Positions 58,402 through 64,000 of a stretch of DNA of 64,000 bases are shown piece after piece. The notes below the pieces were generated by a model. That model was given only the letters and a program-made list of their open reading frames with translations. It searched no databases and was not told where the DNA came from. Source of the DNA: Candidatus Hydrogenedentota bacterium (GTDB lineage Bacteria > Hydrogenedentota > Hydrogenedentia > Hydrogenedentales > SLHB01); NCBI GenBank assembly GCA_963674865.2, contig CAXXYE010000009.1:1120001-1184000 (forward strand). Reading direction: 5' to 3'. Within the stretch, counting starts at the first letter, position 1. The number at the start of each line of letters is the position of its first letter. The position numbers were made by a program, and so were the translations under genes.

Positions 58402-58587
58402 ATGTCGAAGGTGAAAGAATCCCGGCCATATATAGGCATGCTTTTCAAGTGTTGCCACGTCTACACGCGCATCTATCTTAACCGTGCCGGCACGGCATAT
58501 GTGGGGCATTGTCCGAAGTGCGCGGCCAAGGTGGAGATCAAAGCTCGGCCCGGGGGAAGCCGTTCACGGTTCTGGAGCGCTGGGTAG
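58402..58587 (+). CDS. Small Cys-rich putative zinc-binding protein
   Basis: FKCCHVY.RIY.N...Y.GHCPKC. Confidence 0.65.
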   Translation: MSKVKESRPYIGMLFKCCHVYTRIYLNRAGTAYVGHCPKCAAKVEIKARPGGSRSRFWSAG

Positions 58588-58636
58588 CCACTCAGCGCCC
58601 GTGGCTCAGAGCGGCTATCGTGCGTGCCCGTGCCGC

Positions 58637-61435
58637 CTATTCAGGATAATCCAGCGTTACCAGGCCGAAATAACCCATAGGTGCGTAGACGTGCTCCGTG
58701 CCGAATCGCATCTTCGAGGGGCTTCCCATGACGGGAATGACCTCTGACAGCTCGGGAGTCTCAGTGAAATCGTAGGAGGCGAGCGCGCCGCCGCCGACAA
58801 TCACGTACGCGTAGCCGCCTTGGGCGTCCACGAGGGAGCCCCATTCATTGGAGACGAGGACGGGGCCGCGAATGTCGATAGCCCCGCTGGGGGTGATTCG
58901 CGCGGCGGCCAGATGATAGCCGTCGTCGTAGACATCAAGATAGACGTACCCGTCGCGCCCGAGTATCTGCCCCGCCCCGGTGGGAAGTACCACCGCTTCG
59001 ATGGGTTCAACCGGCCCGGAGCCGTTCCAAGCGACCGTCCTGAGCGAAGTCGTTACCTCATCCCGCCGCCATTGGTAGTCCCGAACGGTGAGGACGTCGG
59101 TATCGGCATCGTAATCGATAAAGGCGCCCGGGACGTTGGCGGCAGGCCCGACGGAAATGGAGCCGTTTACGTCCAGTTCCCGCAAGAAATAGGCACAAAG
59201 CGGGCGGAAAGTGTCCCATCCGGCGCTTTCTTGTGTGCCGAGGTAGAGCTTCCCCCCTGCCTGGTCGACGCTGACGAGATCGTTGTAAGCGAGGCCGAGG
59301 AGCGACGACAGGGACTCGGCCTCCAGGTCGACGAGCGCGAGGCCCTGGTAGGCGGCATCGCCGCCTACGGTGGCGTCGAACTTGTCAGTTGAGCACCGTA
59401 AGGCAAGGGTTTGCCCGAGAAGGAAAGACGTCTTATCTGCTCTCGAAGGATACCACCAGCCTGACAGGGAGAGGCTGTCAATGACGCCGCCCAGCATCAG
59501 GCCGTCGTAATAGTACAAGGGATAGACTCCGGAGAAGGGGGTGACGTCGACTTCAAGCGTCTTGGTTACAAAGGGTTGTGCAGGGGAAGAGCACTCGACA
59601 AAGGCCACGACATAGCAGGACTGATCTGTCCAGTCGACGGGCGACCAGCGCCAAACGGCCCCAACGAGGACGACGGTGTCGCCGTAGGTGTAGGCGTCGA
59701 CGAACTCACCCAGTTCGATCCTCACGGCGCCAAGGGCCTTCCCGCCTACCGCGCCGGTGCGCACCTCGGTAATGCCGGTGTCGTAATGCGTGATGATGGT
59801 TGCCTCGAGGGATGGTGAGATCTCGAGGAGGTCGGCCACGTTCTCTGCGAGCGGCAGCCGGTGGGTTACGCTTGGCTCGGCGAGGTCTGCGGCGTCGATG
59901 GTAACGAGTTGCTCTGTCGTTACCGCGAAGTGCGAGCCATCGTACTCGATAGACCTCCGGACGGTGCCGTCCACGTCCACGTAGCCGCCGAGATCGAGCT
60001 GTTCGGATGAGTATCCGATGAACTGAAGGCGATCGTAACCGCCGAAGTCGTCCGTCCAGCCGGAGAAGGGGACGATGAGTAGGTCATCCTGTACCGTGAA
60101 TGCCTTGACGTCGCTGTAGGCGCTTGACCATGTCCATTGATCGCCGAAGCTGACGCGGTCGACGAGGGTGGGCGCGGCCGGATCGGCCACGTCAAAGAGG
60201 CTGACGCAAACGCGCCTCTGGCTGTCGGAGTCGTCCACGCCCAGCGCAATCAAGAGGTCGCCCTGAGGTTCGATATGTGTGGACCACCCGGGCACCTCCA
60301 GCATCCCCGCGACATTGGGATTGGTTGGGTCGGAGAGGTCAATGACGAAAAGGGGATCTACGACGTAGAAGGTGACGATATAGGCCCTATCCCCATCAAA
60401 GCGCGTCGCATAGAGAGTCTCATCGACGGCGTCTTCGAGGGTGGTTTCTCCCAGGATGGACAGGTTATCCGGGTCGGCGAGGTCGATAGTGGTGATGTAG
60501 ACGCAGCGCGCGTCTTCCCAAGCACTTGACACGACGCGGAGTACGCCATCGTAGGCATCCATCTTGTACTGATCGGCGACGTAGCCCTTCACGTCTATTT
60601 CACCCCGGACACTCATGGCGCCGTCCGGGTCGCTGATATCGACGTACGTGATGTTCGTCGTGGTCGAGCTTTGCCATTGCCAGCTCGTTGAGGCGACATA
60701 AATGGCCGATGATGTGGCCTGGATCACGTTGCCTTCGCCCGGGAATGACAACTGGTCGGCGCGGTAGATGTCCTCGGGATCGGCCACGTTGATGCTGGTT
60801 ATCCAGGACTCGCTCGTCTTCTCTTTGACGAGCTTGGTGGCGGTCTTGTCTCCCTCGGCTACGGCAACGCCATCGAGCAGGTACCAGCTGTATTCCGCGC
60901 AGACGGCGTAGATGACATCGCCGACCAGACGGCTGTCGACAAGGTCTCCGTAGAGTGGGAAGGAGCCAATAATGTGGGCTTGGTCGGGCTGGGATATGTC
61001 GACCACGTGGAGCCTGGCCCGGACGGTGAACGCGATGACGCCGTCTTCTACGGTGTAGTCTCTGGCGTATCCCACAAGGACATAGGCGCGGTCGCCGGCG
61101 AGATAGATGTCGCGGGGATAGCCGTAGGCCGGAACTTGGGCGCGAATGGCCTGCGTGTCGAGGTCCGCGATCACCAGTCCGCGGTACTGATTCAGGATAT
61201 AGAGGAGGTTGCCGTCGCGTCGAATGACATCGGGTTCGACGACCTCGCGTTCGACTTCCGACTCTCCCGAACCGTCTTCGGTCGTTCCATCTACAGCGGT
61301 GTTAAGCGCGCCGAGGACATCCAGTAGGCCACCGGTATCGAAGTCGGCGCTGGTGAACTTGAAGCCGGCGGGATTGGGGCAGCCGAGGGCAAATGTGATG
61401 AGGATGAGGAGGACTACTCCGGTCTTGGGACGCAT
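58637..61435 (-). CDS. Beta-propeller domain lipoprotein
   Basis: Lipobox ALGC; EPDVIR, DSRLVG, LYATRFDGDRAYIVTF..VDPLFVIDLSDP, LEVPGWS. Confidence 0.85.
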   Translation of the reverse strand: MRPKTGVVLLILITFALGCPNPAGFKFTSADFDTGGLLDVLGALNTAVDGTTEDGSGESEVEREVVEPDVIRRDGNLLYILNQYRGLVIADLDTQAIRAQVPAYGYPRDIYLAGDRAYVLVGYARDYTVEDGVIAFTVRARLHVVDISQPDQAHIIGSFPLYGDLVDSRLVGDVIYAVCAEYSWYLLDGVAVAEGDKTATKLVKEKTSESWITSINVADPEDIYRADQLSFPGEGNVIQATSSAIYVASTSWQWQSSTTTNITYVDISDPDGAMSVRGEIDVKGYVADQYKMDAYDGVLRVVSSAWEDARCVYITTIDLADPDNLSILGETTLEDAVDETLYATRFDGDRAYIVTFYVVDPLFVIDLSDPTNPNVAGMLEVPGWSTHIEPQGDLLIALGVDDSDSQRRVCVSLFDVADPAAPTLVDRVSFGDQWTWSSAYSDVKAFTVQDDLLIVPFSGWTDDFGGYDRLQFIGYSSEQLDLGGYVDVDGTVRRSIEYDGSHFAVTTEQLVTIDAADLAEPSVTHRLPLAENVADLLEISPSLEATIITHYDTGITEVRTGAVGGKALGAVRIELGEFVDAYTYGDTVVLVGAVWRWSPVDWTDQSCYVVAFVECSSPAQPFVTKTLEVDVTPFSGVYPLYYYDGLMLGGVIDSLSLSGWWYPSRADKTSFLLGQTLALRCSTDKFDATVGGDAAYQGLALVDLEAESLSSLLGLAYNDLVSVDQAGGKLYLGTQESAGWDTFRPLCAYFLRELDVNGSISVGPAANVPGAFIDYDADTDVLTVRDYQWRRDEVTTSLRTVAWNGSGPVEPIEAVVLPTGAGQILGRDGYVYLDVYDDGYHLAAARITPSGAIDIRGPVLVSNEWGSLVDAQGGYAYVIVGGGALASYDFTETPELSEVIPVMGSPSKMRFGTEHVYAPMGYFGLVTLDYPE

Positions 61436-61557
61436 CGGTCGGTCTCTCCTATGTTAACGGGAGGGCGATGGCCTTCCTGTGGATTACCCCGGAGGCGGCG
61501 CGGGATGTACGCCCCTCCTTAGACTACTACCTCGCGCGCGCACGGATATTACAAGCC

Positions 61558-62403
61558 CTACGGCCTCCCCGGAACCTGTTCGGGCCGCGCGCCCAACCTG
61601 CCGGAATCGCGCTGCAGATCCCGGATGAAGCCCGCATCAATCGGTACATTTCTGGCCTGGCATTGCCGCACCGCTTCCCAGGCCTTATCGTATTCCCGCT
61701 GCTTCCAGTATAGCACGGGGAGCCCCTTTCTGACGGAGGCGTGTTCGGGCTCATCCACCAGCGCGGTTAGCCATGCTGCCAATGCCTTGTCCCATTGCTC
61801 GAGGCGAAAGTAGCAAAGCCCCAGGTTGTAGTAATCGTCGGTAAGGCCGGGATCGAGCTGAATGAGAGCCTCGAAGACGGCTGCGGCCTCCTCGTAGCGG
61901 CCTTGTGCGAAGAGGAATTTGGCAAGTTGGGCGCGTACTTGCACGTCGTCCGGCGAGGCAGCGGCCAGGATCTGAAGGGCGCTGATGGCGCGGGACATGT
62001 CACCGGCCAGTTCCGCCGCCACTACGAGGTTCTGAAGGGTAGTAAGGTCTTGGGGGGCAATGGCCAAGGCGGCCTCGTAGGCCGCGATAGCCTGTTCCGG
62101 GCGCCCCAGGCGCCGCCAGCAGAGGCCCAGATTGCAGTAGGCGGCGGCACGCTGCGGGTCAATGCGCACAACGGCGGTATACTCGGCACGCGCGCCGCCA
62201 TATTCGCCGAGATCGAACAACGCGTTGGCCAAAGCGTAGCGGATGTCGGGATTGTCGGGGTGTTTCTCAGCCATGTCGCGAAGCTGTTCGCATCGTTCGG
62301 CGGGTGTGCCCGCCACGGCGGGGACTCCGCCGTGCGGCGGGGTGGCGCAGCCTGCTACAAGACAGAGAAGGACAGGCAGTATGTTTCTGGCGGTGAACCG
62401 CAT
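61558..62403 (-). CDS. TPR-repeat lipoprotein
   Basis: Lipobox VAGC; tandem TPRs (AYCNLG, YYNLG). Confidence 0.85.
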   Translation of the reverse strand: MRFTARNILPVLLCLVAGCATPPHGGVPAVAGTPAERCEQLRDMAEKHPDNPDIRYALANALFDLGEYGGARAEYTAVVRIDPQRAAAYCNLGLCWRRLGRPEQAIAAYEAALAIAPQDLTTLQNLVVAAELAGDMSRAISALQILAAASPDDVQVRAQLAKFLFAQGRYEEAAAVFEALIQLDPGLTDDYYNLGLCYFRLEQWDKALAAWLTALVDEPEHASVRKGLPVLYWKQREYDKAWEAVRQCQARNVPIDAGFIRDLQRDSGRLGARPEQVPGRP

Positions 62404-62716
62404 CGGATCCGGCTCTCGGCCTCCCGTGTTTCGGACGGAACCTCTTGGCCGCCCCGCCCTAGAGCGTCATGGTAGGCGAGGCCCGGGCTTCATGGCAACT
62501 CTTCCGCTGGGTACTGGCTCAACGCTCTGACGGAATGGCCGTTGGCCAAGGCGAATCGGGGAGGTTCCAAGATGTGTGGCCGCCAGAAGGCATTTGAGCA
62601 GCTCACTATCGGGAGCGACCCCGGCAGGGACCGCCCTTCTCCCCTTCCCCCCTTGGTGTAGCGAGTATGCGATACGAGAAGCGCTACGCGGCAGCCCGCA
62701 CGACGCGCTTCACAGC

Positions 62717-62944
62717 CTATGGCCGGGTTACATTCGCTGCTTGAGGTCCCTTCTGGCCATCAAGCAGGTCATAGACGACTTCTTCTCCTTCACGCAGCGT
62801 ACGGAAGCCCTCCATTTGGATGGCCGTATGGTGCACGAAGACGTCCGGACTGTCGTCGCGTGCGATAAACCCATATCCCTTCTGGTCGTTGAACCACTTG
62901 ACCTTGCCGTGGCAGCGCATAGCGCTATCTTCACCCGAAGTCAC
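62717..62944 (-). CDS. Cold-shock protein (CspA family)
   Basis: [35 protein letters not shown]. Start is GTG 62944 (after GGAGG) or ATG 62920. Confidence 0.95.
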   Translation of the reverse strand: MTSGEDSAMRCHGKVKWFNDQKGYGFIARDDSPDVFVHHTAIQMEGFRTLREGEEVVYDLLDGQKGPQAANVTRP

Positions 62945-63045
62945 GATACTACCTCCCACGTTACTCACCATGCATGGCGCGATCCGGAACCTGCCTTACC
63001 GCGCTGACTGAGGGAGCCCTGCCTTCCTCATCTTTCATACTACAT

Positions 63046-63075
63046 AGGATACTCCTTAAAGGCTATATATGTCAA
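63046..63075 (-). promoter_or_regulatory. Putative promoter of the csp gene
   Basis: Minus strand TTGACA-18 bp-TATCCT in an AT-rich patch, giving a leader of about 100 nt. Confidence 0.5.
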
Positions 63076-63283
63076 TAGAGAGTATTTTGAAAAAACCTGG
63101 CCCGCGCTCGGATGCCTGCTGCGCGTCGGCAGGCCGGCTCCGTTCCGGGTATATCTATTCCGCGATGATGAGGAAGTCGGTCGGGAGGGGAGGTGACGGG
63201 CCGGCGTGTCGCGGCACTCGTGAAGAGACAGATGGTTGGGGGAGCAATGGCAGAAAAACTGCAGGGTCTTGTGCCCGAGGCAC

Positions 63284-63982
63284 TTACGGCAGATGGGGCG
63301 AGGGATAACCTTCTATGCGGGCCTCTTCCTTTCGCCTTCGGCGGTCGCTCCTGCTGCCGGGGAACAGGGCCGAGATCTCTTCGGGGTAGAAGTCGCGTAG
63401 GCGCTGCCAGATGTACACCGTGAGCGCGCGGCGCAGGCTCTTGGATACGTCCACGAATCGCACGCCGACCTGCTGTGCCCCAGACGCCGTCACGTTAAGC
63501 GGCTGAAATCGAATGACCCGCGCCGTGATGTTGTGCAATGGCCCGTTTCCCAAGGGAAGTCTGAGATCGACCCGTTCGTCCAGTTGGAGGGATACTGGCG
63601 ACTCGATGAGGGCGCCGTCCGCGGAGACGTTGTGAACCTGGACGGCACAGGCCGGCCGGCCGTTCTGAGAGGCCATTTCCACCATCGTGTTCATAGGGAC
63701 GCGCCAAGCGCTTCGATGACGGTGGGGAAAGGCGCTAGACACGCGTTGGAGAATCATGCCGTCGCCGTTTCTACGCGGCGCGACCACGACCTGGGTATGG
63801 TATGAAACCATGCCGCCGTTATCACGGAACCGAAGTTCGGCCCCTGTGCCTTCGACGGGATAGCGAGCCCCCGAGAAGGTTACTCCAATGGTGTCTTCAG
63901 CGACGGCCAACACCTTGACGGAGAATCTCTCCCCCATAACCTGAAGGTGAGCGCAGTTCCCCTTCTCAAGGTAGGCTGTCAT
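63284..63982 (-). CDS. PilZ-domain (YcgR-like) c-di-GMP receptor
   Basis: RSAWR (RxxxR) and NVSADG (NxSxxG), ARVIR, GVRF. Confidence 0.8.
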   Translation of the reverse strand: MTAYLEKGNCAHLQVMGERFSVKVLAVAEDTIGVTFSGARYPVEGTGAELRFRDNGGMVSYHTQVVVAPRRNGDGMILQRVSSAFPHRHRSAWRVPMNTMVEMASQNGRPACAVQVHNVSADGALIESPVSLQLDERVDLRLPLGNGPLHNITARVIRFQPLNVTASGAQQVGVRFVDVSKSLRRALTVYIWQRLRDFYPEEISALFPGSRSDRRRRKEEARIEGYPSPHLP

Positions 63983-64000
63983 GCCCCTTCTTTCTGGGTG

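Noticed and set aside
1..64000. tRNA, rRNA, prophage or defence systems
   Set aside because: No cloverleaf/T-loop signature, rRNA-like tract, phage structural gene or defence gene was recognised by eye; a covariance-model scan was not run

Overview
GC-rich, gene-dense chromosomal window from a diderm bacterium (waaA and an LpxL-family acyltransferase are present). Protein style such as GEGEGE linkers, Cys...GD-TM-Arg tails and D[IVL]Q dockerins suggests Ca. Hydrogenedentota, but that is inference only. In order, the window holds: a type IV pilus/T2SS-like operon (PilM-PilN fusion, PilO-like, PilP-like, secretin with a Gly/Met insert); waaA; a sugar ABC transporter; a stand-alone E2-type acyltransferase; LpxL-like and beta-CASP genes; one intact IS30; a transketolase-like enzyme; a gspF/pilC pseudogene; a histone-H1-like Lys repeat protein with a rubredoxin-like microprotein that the ORF track missed; sugar catabolic and housekeeping genes (purN, dapF, cysK, nagA); a cold-shock gene; and a PilZ gene. 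The best candidate for an undescribed system is 46.8-58.6 kb, a non-cellulosomal cohesin-dockerin surface-display locus. It encodes two dockerin proteins without CAZyme domains, three single-cohesin membrane-tethered proteins and a 1695-aa subtilase. Three of these proteins share a candidate C-terminal sorting signal, and the first gene ends in a RAPP-like (HAPP) putative arrest motif. No rRNA, tRNA or CRISPR array was seen. All family calls come from motif recognition by eye; no database search was run.
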